Below, piece after piece: positions 9,611 to 18,533 of a stretch of 31,780 nt of DNA; the first letter of the stretch is position 1, and each line of letters opens with the position of its first letter. The DNA lies in the NCBI GenBank assembly GCA_037446635.1, contig JBBIIG010000046.1:1-31780 (forward strand), written 5' to 3'. The notes below the pieces were generated by a model. The model was not told the origin of the DNA and ran no database searches. It worked only from the letters and a program-made list of their open reading frames with translations. Made by a program: the position numbers and the translations under genes. The DNA is from a bacterium. GTDB taxonomy: Bacteria > Zhuqueibacterota > Zhuqueibacteria > Oceanimicrobiales > Oceanimicrobiaceae.

Positions 9611-10954
9611 TCACTTCGCTTTTGAAGCGGTAATGGTTTCCAATCCGTGGGCGTGTGGGCCGGTCTCACTTTTCCACAGCAGGTGCGCAAAAAGTAATCC
9701 GAAAAGCGCCAGCGCAGTGAAAACCCACATGCCAGGGGCGTATCCCGCCGGATTGTCCGCGCCGGCCTGGAAGGCATCGTTCAGAAGACCGATTATCCAG
9801 GGGATGGCCGCCATGCCAATTTGCTGGCAAAAGGTCATGAGCGAATAAGCGGACCCCAGCCGGCTCTGCTCGACGATGTACGCCACCGACGGCCACATGA
9901 TGGCGGGAATCAGCGAGAACGAAATCCCCAGCAAGGTCATAACAATCACCAGCGTTAACGGCACCGCAAAGCTGCCGATGAACGGCAGCCACAGCGGCAC
10001 CTCGGGCCCCGGCGGAACATAGGTTACGATGAGAAACAACGGCAGCAGAATCAACGTGCCGATTCGCATCAGAAACGCCCGTTTGCCGATTTTATCGGCT
10101 AACAACCCGAAGAGGGGCGTGGCAAACATCGCGGCGATGGGGAGGAAGCTGTTTAACGAACCCCCGACTTCGCGGGAGGCGCCGTGCGCCTCGATGAAAT
10201 ATTTGATGGCAAACGCCCGAAACGGGAAAATGGTGGAATAAAACACGACGCACAGTCCAACCACGTACCAGTAAGATTGACTGAATTTGTAGAGATTTTT
10301 TAAGTCGAGTTTTTCGGTTTCCGCCTGTTCGCCCAGATCGTACTTTTGCTCGGCGCGGCTTTCTAAAATCCAATAGAGGACGGCGCCGGCCACGCACAAG
10401 CTGGCGATCATCGTGGCCAGCCAGAGCGGGTCCTGCCAGTTGCTGAACATCGGCTTGGCCCAGGAGGGCGACCAGTCCGCCGCGACGGAGCCCAGCCGGG
10501 CAATAGTTAAATTAATTCCGAAAGCAAAGCTCAACTCTTTCCCTTTGAACCATTTTGCCAAAGCGGTGGTCACGGCGACGATGAGCGGCTCCGCCCCCAG
10601 CCCCAAAAGGAAGCGGCCGGTCAGCATGATGCCTAACTTGGGGGAGTACCCAGTGACCGCGGCCGCCACCAGGCAAATCGATCCGAATAGAAATACGGAC
10701 TTCTTCGTTCCGAAACGATCGATGATATAGCCGCCAATGAGAAGGACGAGCACCGCGGCGATGCTGTACACCGTGTACAACAGTCCCAACTGCTGATCGG
10801 AGAAGCCGAGCTGTTGTTTGAGTAAATCAAAGACCGGGCCGGTGGAGTCATAAACATAGTAGTTGCCAAACATCGGCAGACTGACGAACAGCAGCACAAT
10901 CCAGCGGTAGGCCACGGAGGGTTTGGGGCGAGTTTGCAGGTTCTGGTTAGTCAT
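9611..10954 (-). CDS. MFS transporter, MFSD1-like
   Basis: About 12 TMs; GGYIIDRFG and GLLADKIGKR motif A; FGNYYVYD and WFKGKEL.FAFG..L.IARLGS resemble eukaryotic MFSD1. Confidence 0.88.
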   Translation of the reverse strand: MTNQNLQTRPKPSVAYRWIVLLFVSLPMFGNYYVYDSTGPVFDLLKQQLGFSDQQLGLLYTVYSIAAVLVLLIGGYIIDRFGTKKSVFLFGSICLVAAAVTGYSPKLGIMLTGRFLLGLGAEPLIVAVTTALAKWFKGKELSFAFGINLTIARLGSVAADWSPSWAKPMFSNWQDPLWLATMIASLCVAGAVLYWILESRAEQKYDLGEQAETEKLDLKNLYKFSQSYWYVVGLCVVFYSTIFPFRAFAIKYFIEAHGASREVGGSLNSFLPIAAMFATPLFGLLADKIGKRAFLMRIGTLILLPLFLIVTYVPPGPEVPLWLPFIGSFAVPLTLVIVMTLLGISFSLIPAIMWPSVAYIVEQSRLGSAYSLMTFCQQIGMAAIPWIIGLLNDAFQAGADNPAGYAPGMWVFTALALFGLLFAHLLWKSETGPHAHGLETITASKAK

Positions 10955-10997
10955 TCATTTTCTTTCTGGTGAAGTTAGAATGCTGAGCTTGAGTTGA

Positions 10998-13193
10998 TCA
11001 GAGCTTGGTTTCAACTGGCTTCTTCGCAAAATAGTAGAGGGAGCCTGCCAGCAGCACGAACATCACCACAGCAAACACGTGGCTCTGCGCCAGCCCGCCA
11101 AAAAGTTTCGGCCCGAACGCCAGCACACCCGCTGGAATGAGGTTGATGCCCAGTTCCGGATCGCCCAAAACGTTGAAGACAATTCCCAGCAGTCCGATCA
11201 CGCCGCCGGCCGCAATCAACCCGCTGGAATAAAGGGAGCCCGGACTCACTTCGCTTTCGGCGTGGCCGCTGCTTTCCGACTTGCCGCGATTGACGAGCCA
11301 GTGCACGATGCCGCCGCAGAAAATCGCCAGCGTGGTGTGCAGCCCGAGATACGATCCAACTGCAAAAGAAAGTGAGCGGATGCCCAGCAACTCGACGGCA
11401 ATCACCAAAAATACCCCGAGCATCACCAGCCGCCACGGTAAACGCTGGTTGAGGATGCCGCTGATCACCGTGGCCATCAGCCGGGCTTGCGGCGCCGCAG
11501 CTTTGTCGCTGCCGATGCCCTGAATCCATTGAATTTCAATTTGCCCGGTGTTGGGGTCGTAAAGGTATTTGCCGTCCGGCACATCGGTGGCGCCGAGGGC
11601 GTTAATCAAAATATAGTTGTTGCCTTTGTATTCGTAATTCTCTTTCTCAATTTTGACTCCGCCTTCGCCGGCGCGGGCGGCTTCGATGTTGAGGGGGAGC
11701 TGCATCGGTTTGAATTCGGAGAGTCCCACGTTCATCAAAATGAGCGTGCCGCCGATGACAAACACGCTGACCAGCACCCCGATGATCAAGCCAACTTGCT
11801 GGCGGTAGGGCGTCGCGCCAACGAGGTAGCCGGTTTTCAAATCCTGCGAGGTGGCGCCGGCGTTGGCGGCGGCCACACAAACCACGCCGCCAATGGTGAT
11901 GGCCAGCGCCGAGTAGGCCGCGGCGGTCCAGCCCATCACCAAAAACATGGCGCAGGTGGCCATCAATGTGGCGATGGTCATGCCGCTGACGGGGTTGGCC
12001 GAGGTGCCGATCAACCCGCAGATGCGGGACGAAACCGTGACAAATAGAAATCCAAAAATCACCACGAAAATGCCGGCCACAATATTTTCATACCAGGTGG
12101 TAACCGCGCCCGGCACGGGCTTAAACGTCAGCAGCGCCCACATCATCACCACGATGCCCAACGAGCCAAAGATCACCCACTTCATGGAGAGATCGCGTTC
12201 GGTGCGGCCGGCGCCGGCTTCTTCGCCGGCCTGCGCAGGCAGGCCAGAGCTTTGGGCGCGCACGTCTTTCAGGCCGGCCTTCAGCGCTGCGACGATGGTG
12301 GGCATGGTTTTCATGAGCGTGATCAGGCCGGCAGCGGCCACGGCGCCCGCGCCCATGGGGCGGATGTAGCTCGCCCACAATTGATCGGGGCTCATATCCG
12401 GGATGGGGATGGTGCTGGGGTACAGCGCCAACCCCGGCGCCAGGGAGCCAAAAAATTTGATGGCCGGCATCAAAACCAGCCACGAAAAGACGCCGCCGGC
12501 GAAGATCGTTCCGGCCACGCGCGGCCCGATGATATAGCCGACGCCCAAATATTCTGAAGTGATTTCCGCGCGGAACGACGCGCCGGGGAGCCAGTTTGGC
12601 TCGTAACGCGGCCGCGAAATCCAGGCGTTGGCAATGGCCATCAAAAAAGTGTAAACGCCGCCGATGCCCAGTCCCATAAAAACCCGGCCGGCAAATGAGC
12701 CGCCGCGTTCGCCGGCGACCAGCACGTCGGCGCAGGCCGTGCCTTCGGGATAAAGCAGGTTGCCGTGTTCTTTCACAATGAGCTGGCGCCGCAGGGGAAT
12801 CATAAAGAGGACGCCGAGCGTGCCGCCAATTAACGCCAGCAAAAAGATGCGGGAGTATTCAAGCGGGAAGCCGAGAAAGATCAACGCCGGCAGGGTGAAA
12901 ATCACGCCGGCCGCCACAGATTCGCCGGCCGAGCCGGTGGTCTGCACGATGTTGTTTTCCAAAATCGTTGCTTTGCCGAACGCCCGGAGAATACTAATTG
13001 ACAGCACCGCGATGGGAATGGAGGCGCTCACCGTCAGACCGGCGCGCAACCCCACGTACACTGTGACTGCGCCGAACAGAATCCCGAACAGAGCGCCCAG
13101 CAAAACCGCCTTGACGGTAAATTCGGCAACGGTCATTTCTGTGGGTATAAAAGGCTTGAAATTTGGGGGCGACATGTTTTTTTCTTCAGCCAT
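10998..13193 (-). CDS. OPT family oligopeptide transporter
   Basis: GLTVSASIPIAV, ENNIVQTTGSAGES, YPEGTACA, NPVSGMTIAT, SQDLKTGYLVGATP, APQARLMA. Start placed at ATG 13193 behind a GAGGAG SD. Confidence 0.93.
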   Translation of the reverse strand: MAEEKNMSPPNFKPFIPTEMTVAEFTVKAVLLGALFGILFGAVTVYVGLRAGLTVSASIPIAVLSISILRAFGKATILENNIVQTTGSAGESVAAGVIFTLPALIFLGFPLEYSRIFLLALIGGTLGVLFMIPLRRQLIVKEHGNLLYPEGTACADVLVAGERGGSFAGRVFMGLGIGGVYTFLMAIANAWISRPRYEPNWLPGASFRAEITSEYLGVGYIIGPRVAGTIFAGGVFSWLVLMPAIKFFGSLAPGLALYPSTIPIPDMSPDQLWASYIRPMGAGAVAAAGLITLMKTMPTIVAALKAGLKDVRAQSSGLPAQAGEEAGAGRTERDLSMKWVIFGSLGIVVMMWALLTFKPVPGAVTTWYENIVAGIFVVIFGFLFVTVSSRICGLIGTSANPVSGMTIATLMATCAMFLVMGWTAAAYSALAITIGGVVCVAAANAGATSQDLKTGYLVGATPYRQQVGLIIGVLVSVFVIGGTLILMNVGLSEFKPMQLPLNIEAARAGEGGVKIEKENYEYKGNNYILINALGATDVPDGKYLYDPNTGQIEIQWIQGIGSDKAAAPQARLMATVISGILNQRLPWRLVMLGVFLVIAVELLGIRSLSFAVGSYLGLHTTLAIFCGGIVHWLVNRGKSESSGHAESEVSPGSLYSSGLIAAGGVIGLLGIVFNVLGDPELGINLIPAGVLAFGPKLFGGLAQSHVFAVVMFVLLAGSLYYFAKKPVETKL

Positions 13194-13266
13194 GGATACT
13201 CCTCGCAGTTTTAGTCGATCAGTAGAAGTTGTGGATAATAGAAATTGTATTGCGGGAACATCTGGC

Positions 13267-13284
13267 CTACCATCGGATACCCAT
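13267..13284 (-). other. Putative leader mini-ORF (MGIRW) in OPT operon 5' UTR
   Basis: Minus strand GGAAGGAGGAGGAACCT-ATG GGT ATC CGA TGG TAG. Confidence 0.35.
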
Positions 13285-13377
13285 AGGTTCCTCCTCCTTC
13301 CGAATGTAGGAAATTGAAATGCCGGAATTAAAGAATAGAAATGATTCGCGCTTGCCCCTCCGGCAAACGCGCCACTG

Positions 13378-13406
13378 AACATAAAGGAAATGAATTAAAA
13401 AGTCAA
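13378..13406 (-). promoter_or_regulatory. Sigma70-like promoter for OPT operon
   Basis: TTGACT-N17-TATGTT on minus strand. Confidence 0.55.
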
Positions 13407-13447
13407 GCGAAATTTCCGGCGCGCCAGCCGCCCTTTTTCTTTTTGGT

Positions 13448-13475
13448 TTGATTTTTTTAAAATTAGTTTTATATT
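13448..13475 (+). promoter_or_regulatory. Possible sigma70-like promoter for ecfT-truA
   Basis: TTGATT-N16-TATATT in an AT-rich divergent region. Confidence 0.4.
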
Positions 13476-13502
13476 TAACGTGTTTTTAAATGTAAATTCA
13501 CG

Positions 13503-14309
13503 GTGGCCTTTCTAAACGACATTACTTTAGGTCAATACTATCCGGGCGACTCGATTCTGCACCGCCTCGATCCCCGCAGCAAGCTCACCGCCAGCCTGGC
13601 GATGATGACCTGTTTGCTTATAACAACCGAATTGCATCTAATGGCGATGCCCGCAGTTGTAATTTTGATCGCCGTGGCAATCGCAAAAATTCCGCTGGCG
13701 ATCGTCTTCAAAAATTTGAAATGGTTTGCCTGGCTGTTTTTGATCACCTTGGCGATTCATGCTTTGGAGATCTCCACAAGCTCGAATTTTCCATATTTGA
13801 ATTTTGGGATCAGCCCTTCGGGACTGATGGCTGGCGGCGTTTACTCAGTGCGGCTCGCGCTGTTGATTATCGTCGCGGCGCTGCTGACGCTTACCACCTC
13901 GCCCATGGATTTGACCGACAGCCTCGAACGAATCTTTACGCCGCTCAAACGGTTGCGAATTCCGGTTCATGAGTTGGCGCTGATGATGACGCTATCGCTG
14001 CGATTTATCCCGATTTTAATTCGCGAGGCCGAGCGCATCAAAAACGCGCAGTTGTCGCGCGGCGCATCATTGGAGGGCAGCTTGCGGCAGCGGATTCACA
14101 ACATCGTCCCGATGATCCTGCCGCTGTTTATTTCCGCCATTCGCCGCGCCGACGATCTGGCGGTGGCGATGACCGCGCGCAACTATCTCGGCGGCGAGGG
14201 CCGAACGTGTTTTCAGCGGCTGGTTTTTAGGAATGCAGACTATTTGTTGTTGATTTTTTCGGCGGCGCTGATTATGGGGATCTTACTGCTGAAAAATGTA
14301 GCGCCGTAA
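13503..14309 (+). CDS. ecfT: Energy-coupling factor transporter transmembrane component T
   Basis: ITLGQYYPGDS.LHRLDPRSKL, LTTSP, LRFIP, AQLSRG, AMTARNY motifs. Confidence 0.92.
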   Translation: MAFLNDITLGQYYPGDSILHRLDPRSKLTASLAMMTCLLITTELHLMAMPAVVILIAVAIAKIPLAIVFKNLKWFAWLFLITLAIHALEISTSSNFPYLNFGISPSGLMAGGVYSVRLALLIIVAALLTLTTSPMDLTDSLERIFTPLKRLRIPVHELALMMTLSLRFIPILIREAERIKNAQLSRGASLEGSLRQRIHNIVPMILPLFISAIRRADDLAVAMTARNYLGGEGRTCFQRLVFRNADYLLLIFSAALIMGILLLKNVAP

Positions 14310-14345
14310 GGCAAACCTCTGGTTTGCGAGGGCCATGACAAAAGA

Positions 14346-14377
14346 GGTACCACGCACTTTAGGAAGTGCGTGGCACC
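14346..14377. repeat. REP-like intergenic palindrome
   Basis: GGTACCACGCACTT-TAGG-AAGTGCGTGGCACC, 14-bp arms with one mismatch. A smaller hairpin GCAAACC-TCT-GGTTTGC lies at 14311-14327. Confidence 0.7.
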
Positions 14378-14387
14378 AGGTAGAGAC

Positions 14388-15122
14388 ATGCGAAACATCA
14401 AACTCACTGTCGAATACGACGGCTCCAATTTTTCCGGCTGGCAGTGGCAGCCGAAGGACCGCACCGTGCAGGGGGCGCTGCAGCACGCCCTCAAGAAGCT
14501 GCTGCAGGAGACGCCAAAAATTTATGCCGCGGGACGAACCGACGCCGGCGTACATGCGTTGGGGCAAGTCGCTAATTTCAAAACCGCCAGCGGCCTGGAT
14601 TTGAATTCCATTCGGCTGGGCCTGAACAGCTATTTGCCGCCGGATGTGGTGGTGCTGGAAGTAGAAGAGGTGGACGAAAAATTTCACGCCCGCTACAGCG
14701 CCATCAAACGGACGTATCGATATGTCATCTCAAAACGCTTCCGCGCGATTGGGAGAAACTACTCCTGGTTTTGCAAATATGATCTCGACCTGGAGAAAAT
14801 TCGCCAGGCATCGCGCTACCTGATTGGCGAACACGTGTTTGCGGCCTTTTGCAGAGAAAGCGAGGAGGAGCCGCACTACCTCTCGCGTGTGGAAAGTCTG
14901 AACTGGAGCGAAACCGAGGACGAAGTTATTTTACAAATTTGCGCCAATCGCTTTTTGCACAGCATGGTGCGCATCATCGTGGGGACGATGGTGGACGTTG
15001 GGCGCGGCCGGCTCCAGCCAGATCAAGTCAAAACCATTTTGGAGTCGCGCGATCGCAACCGCGCAGGGTTCTCGGTGCCGCCGCAGGGGTTGTTTTTGGA
15101 GAAAGTTTACTATTTAGAATGA
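14388..15122 (+). CDS. truA: tRNA pseudouridine(38-40) synthase
   Basis: EYDGSNFSGWQ, AGRTDAGVHALGQ, FHARYSA, NRFLHSMVRIIVGT, PPQGLFL. Confidence 0.96.
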   Translation: MRNIKLTVEYDGSNFSGWQWQPKDRTVQGALQHALKKLLQETPKIYAAGRTDAGVHALGQVANFKTASGLDLNSIRLGLNSYLPPDVVVLEVEEVDEKFHARYSAIKRTYRYVISKRFRAIGRNYSWFCKYDLDLEKIRQASRYLIGEHVFAAFCRESEEEPHYLSRVESLNWSETEDEVILQICANRFLHSMVRIIVGTMVDVGRGRLQPDQVKTILESRDRNRAGFSVPPQGLFLEKVYYLE

Positions 15123-15202
15123 AAGGTTTATATATGATGACCTTACCATTTCGTCCAAAGTGATTTCAGAAAACGGCTAAACTAAACCAGAGGAGAATCA
15201 AC

Positions 15203-15856
15203 ATGAAGTTTTTTCTTGATACCGCTAATATCGATGAAATCAAACAAGCTGCCAGCATGGGCATTTTAGACGGCGTCACCACCAACCCCTCGTTGGTGGC
15301 CAAAGAAAAGGGCGGCAAATTTAAAGATATGCTGCTGCAAATTTGTGAAATCGTCAACGGGCCGGTCAACGGCGAAGTCGTCAGCACCGATTTCAAAGGC
15401 ATGATGAAAGAGGCGCGTGAATTGGCCGCTTTACATCCCAACATTTACGTGAAAATTCCCATGATCCGCGAGGGCTTGAAAGCGGTGAAGGCTTGTTCTT
15501 CCGAAGGCATTCGCACCAACGTGACGTTGTGCTTTAGCGCCACGCAAGCGCTCATGGCCGCCAAAGCCGGCGCCTCGTTCATCAGCCCCTTTGTCGGCCG
15601 CGTCGATGATATCAGCGGCGTGGGCATGGAAATCATTCAAGACATCCGCACCATTTATGACAACTACGGCTTCAAAACCGAAATCCTTGCGGCCAGCCTG
15701 CGCCACCCGGTGCACGTGCTGGAAGCGGCATTGATTGGCGCCGACATCGCCACCATGCCCTATAAAGTTTTCGATCAACTCTTCAATCATCCGCTCACCG
15801 ATATCGGCCTGAAAAACTTTTTGGCGGATTGGGAGAAAGTCAAAGATCGCGTGTAA
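15203..15856 (+). CDS. fsa: Transaldolase / fructose-6-phosphate aldolase family (TalC type)
   Basis: [21 protein letters not shown] (Schiff-base Lys), SPFVGR, HPLTDIG. Confidence 0.92.
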   Translation: MKFFLDTANIDEIKQAASMGILDGVTTNPSLVAKEKGGKFKDMLLQICEIVNGPVNGEVVSTDFKGMMKEARELAALHPNIYVKIPMIREGLKAVKACSSEGIRTNVTLCFSATQALMAAKAGASFISPFVGRVDDISGVGMEIIQDIRTIYDNYGFKTEILAASLRHPVHVLEAALIGADIATMPYKVFDQLFNHPLTDIGLKNFLADWEKVKDRV

Positions 15857-15879
15857 TTTTTCTGATTGGAATTTTCAAA

Positions 15880-17064
15880 ATGAAGCAAATGATTGTTTTC
15901 GCCGCGTGTCTTTTTTTGCTGAGCTGCACCAGCGAGAAACGCAGCGAAAGCGAGATCCCGGCTCAGACCGCCGCTCTGGTTTCTGCGCCGGCCCAGCCGG
16001 TGCAGGATCGCGCCAGCGTCAATAATGGCGTTGCCGCCAGCCGCCACAACGCCATCACCAACGCGGTGGCCATGGTGAGCAACGCGGTGTGCGGCATCAA
16101 TGTCATTCAAATTCGCGAGTTCGTGCGCACGCCGTTCACGTTTTATGACGATCCGTTTTTCCGCCATTTGCTGCCCGCGGAGCCGTACTATCAGCGCGTT
16201 AAAAGTCTGGGCTCCGGATTTTTAATTTCCAGCGACGGCTACATTCTCACCAACGAGCACGTGGTGCACCAGGCGATTGAAATTGTGGTGACCTTGCCCG
16301 ATGGCTCGCAGCACAACGCCACGGTGGTCGGCATGGATTTCATTACCGATATTGCCCTGCTCAAAATCAAAGGCAGCGGCTACCCTTATTTGAAATTCGG
16401 TGATTCCGAAAATATCCTGATCGGCGAATGGGTGATCGCCATTGGCAACCCGTTTGGTTTGTTTGAGCTCAACGCCAAACCCACGGTCACGGTGGGCGTG
16501 GTCAGCGCCGTTGATCGCGATTTTGGCCGGCAAAATAATGAGCGCGTTTATCAGGATATGATCCAAACCGACGCTGCCATCAACCAGGGCAACAGCGGCG
16601 GCCCGCTGGTGAACAGCCTCGGCGAAGTCATCGGCATGAACACCTTCATTTACACCAGCAGCAAAGAGAACAGCGGTTCCATTGGCCTGGGTTTCGCCAT
16701 TCCCATCAATCGCGTGAAACGGGTTTTGGATGATCTCAAGAAATACGGCGAGGTCAACCGCCGCTGGACCTCCGGCTTGCGCGTGGAGGATTTGACGCCG
16801 CTGGTGGCGCGCTATTTTCGTTTAACCACCGAGCGCGGCGTCATCGTCACCGAAGTGGACAAAAACAGTCCGGCGGCGCGCGCCGGTTTGGAAGTGGGCG
16901 ATATTATCACCGAAGTCAACGGCGAGAAAATAACCAACCGCGCCGATATCTGGGCGATTATCGAGGACTCCGATCTGCGCGGCGGCGACGTGCTGAATCT
17001 TACCGTACTCCGAGATCGCCGATTTCTGAAGCTCACATTGAGATTGGAGGGCCTCGGTAGGTAG
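15880..17064 (+). CDS. HtrA/DegQ-like serine protease lipoprotein with one PDZ domain
   Basis: Lipobox LLSC; GSGF, TNEHVV, DIALLK, QTDAAINQGNSGGPL catalytic triad; SPAARAGLEVGDII PDZ. Confidence 0.93.
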   Translation: MKQMIVFAACLFLLSCTSEKRSESEIPAQTAALVSAPAQPVQDRASVNNGVAASRHNAITNAVAMVSNAVCGINVIQIREFVRTPFTFYDDPFFRHLLPAEPYYQRVKSLGSGFLISSDGYILTNEHVVHQAIEIVVTLPDGSQHNATVVGMDFITDIALLKIKGSGYPYLKFGDSENILIGEWVIAIGNPFGLFELNAKPTVTVGVVSAVDRDFGRQNNERVYQDMIQTDAAINQGNSGGPLVNSLGEVIGMNTFIYTSSKENSGSIGLGFAIPINRVKRVLDDLKKYGEVNRRWTSGLRVEDLTPLVARYFRLTTERGVIVTEVDKNSPAARAGLEVGDIITEVNGEKITNRADIWAIIEDSDLRGGDVLNLTVLRDRRFLKLTLRLEGLGR

Positions 17065-17207
17065 AAGTTCCAGATCACCATCTCCAAATCACCAATAAAT
17101 TCCAAACTCAAAATACCGAGGCGAAGGTTAGAGGTTTGAATTTATGATTTATTTGAGAATGGTTATTTGGACTGTTTGGGATTTCGATTATCATTAAGGA
17201 TTTTGAT
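17065..17207. repeat. Degenerate short-period intergenic repeat forming an imperfect inverted repeat
   Basis: CCAAAT-like units on left, ATTTGG-like units on right; 17084-17093 pairs with 17161-17170 (9/10) and 17095-17107 with 17134-17145. Confidence 0.55.
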
Positions 17208-18533
17208 TTGATAGAACGATACACCCGGCCGGAGATGGCCCAAATTTGGAGCGAACAAAACCGCTTTCAAACCTGGTTAAAAGTGGAGCTGCTCGCCTGC
17301 GAAGCCCTGGCGGAATTAGGTGAAATTCCCAAAGCGGCGCTGGCGGAGATCAAACGCAAGGCCAATTTCGATCCCCAGCGCGTGCGGGAAATTGAACAAA
17401 CCGTCAAGCACGATGTCATCGCGTTTTTGACCAACGTCGGGGAATACGTTGGCCCGGCAAGCCGCTACATTCACCTCGGCATGACGTCGTCCGATTTGCT
17501 AGACACCGCGCTTTCCTGTTTGATGCGGGAAGCGGGGCTTCTGCTTCTGGAAAAAGCAAATCAGTTGCAGCGAATTTTGGGAAAACGCGCCATCGAATTC
17601 AAGCACACCGTTTGCATCGGCCGCTCTCACGGGGTGCACGCGGAACCGACGACCTTCGGCTTGAAGTTGGCGTTGTGGTATGATGAAATCGGGCGCGGCA
17701 TCCAGAGACTGGCGCGCGCTGTCGAGATCGTTTCCGTGGGCAAAATTTCCGGCGCGGTGGGAACTTTCGCCCACATCAGCCCGTGGGTGGAGTCGTATGT
17801 TTGCGCCAAATTGAATTTGCAACCGGCGCCGGTTTCCACCCAAATCGTGCAGCGCGATCGCCACGCCGAATATGTGGCGGCGCTGGCGCTGGTGGGCGCC
17901 TCGCTGGAAAAAATTGCCACGGAGATTCGCAATCTGCAGCGCACGGAAATTCTCGAAGCCGAGGAGCCGTTCGCCAAAGGCCAGAAGGGGTCGTCGGCGA
18001 TGCCGCACAAACGCAATCCGGTCGCCTGCGAGCGCATCGCGGGATTAGCGCGGGTCCTGCGCGCTAATGCCGTGGCGGCCATGGAAAACGTGGCGCTGTG
18101 GCACGAGCGCGACATCAGCCATTCTTCCGTGGAGCGGATCATTATTCCCGACAGCACAGCGCTTTTGGATTACATGCTGCAGCAGACGATCGACATTATT
18201 GAAAATCTAGTGGTCTATCCACAAAACATGTTGCGCAATCTCGACCAAACCAAGGGCCTGATTTTTTCGCAGGCGCTGCTGCTGGCGCTGATCAAAAAGG
18301 GCTTGCCGCGCGAGGAGGCCTATCGTCTCGTGCAAAATCGCGCTCTGGCGGTGTGGAACTCCGGCGCGAGTTTTAAGGACGCGGTTTTAGAAGAGCAGGA
18401 AATTCGAAACCATTTATCGGATAAAGAAATCGAAAGCTGTTTCGATCTCAAAAAAAGCTTGCAGCACGTGGATTACATTTTCAAGCGCGTTGGCTTGCAG
18501 GCGAAATCAAGGAAAGGAGAGAGGGAAAATTGA
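17208..18533 (+). CDS. purB: Adenylosuccinate lyase
   Basis: MIERY, HDVIAF, GRSHGVHAEPTTFG, GSSAMPHKRNP, WHERDISHSSVER. Confidence 0.97.
   Translation: MIERYTRPEMAQIWSEQNRFQTWLKVELLACEALAELGEIPKAALAEIKRKANFDPQRVREIEQTVKHDVIAFLTNVGEYVGPASRYIHLGMTSSDLLDTALSCLMREAGLLLLEKANQLQRILGKRAIEFKHTVCIGRSHGVHAEPTTFGLKLALWYDEIGRGIQRLARAVEIVSVGKISGAVGTFAHISPWVESYVCAKLNLQPAPVSTQIVQRDRHAEYVAALALVGASLEKIATEIRNLQRTEILEAEEPFAKGQKGSSAMPHKRNPVACERIAGLARVLRANAVAAMENVALWHERDISHSSVERIIIPDSTALLDYMLQQTIDIIENLVVYPQNMLRNLDQTKGLIFSQALLLALIKKGLPREEAYRLVQNRALAVWNSGASFKDAVLEEQEIRNHLSDKEIESCFDLKKSLQHVDYIFKRVGLQAKSRKGEREN

Noticed and set aside
13230..13238. Perfect DnaA box (TTATCCACA on minus strand)
   Set aside because: Single copy, no cluster and no dnaA/oriC context; one 9-mer in 32 kb is compatible with chance.
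13194..13382. 63-aa N-terminal extension of OPT in the ORF track
   Set aside because: Non-protein-like, overlaps the predicted -10 box; a good SD precedes ATG 13193.
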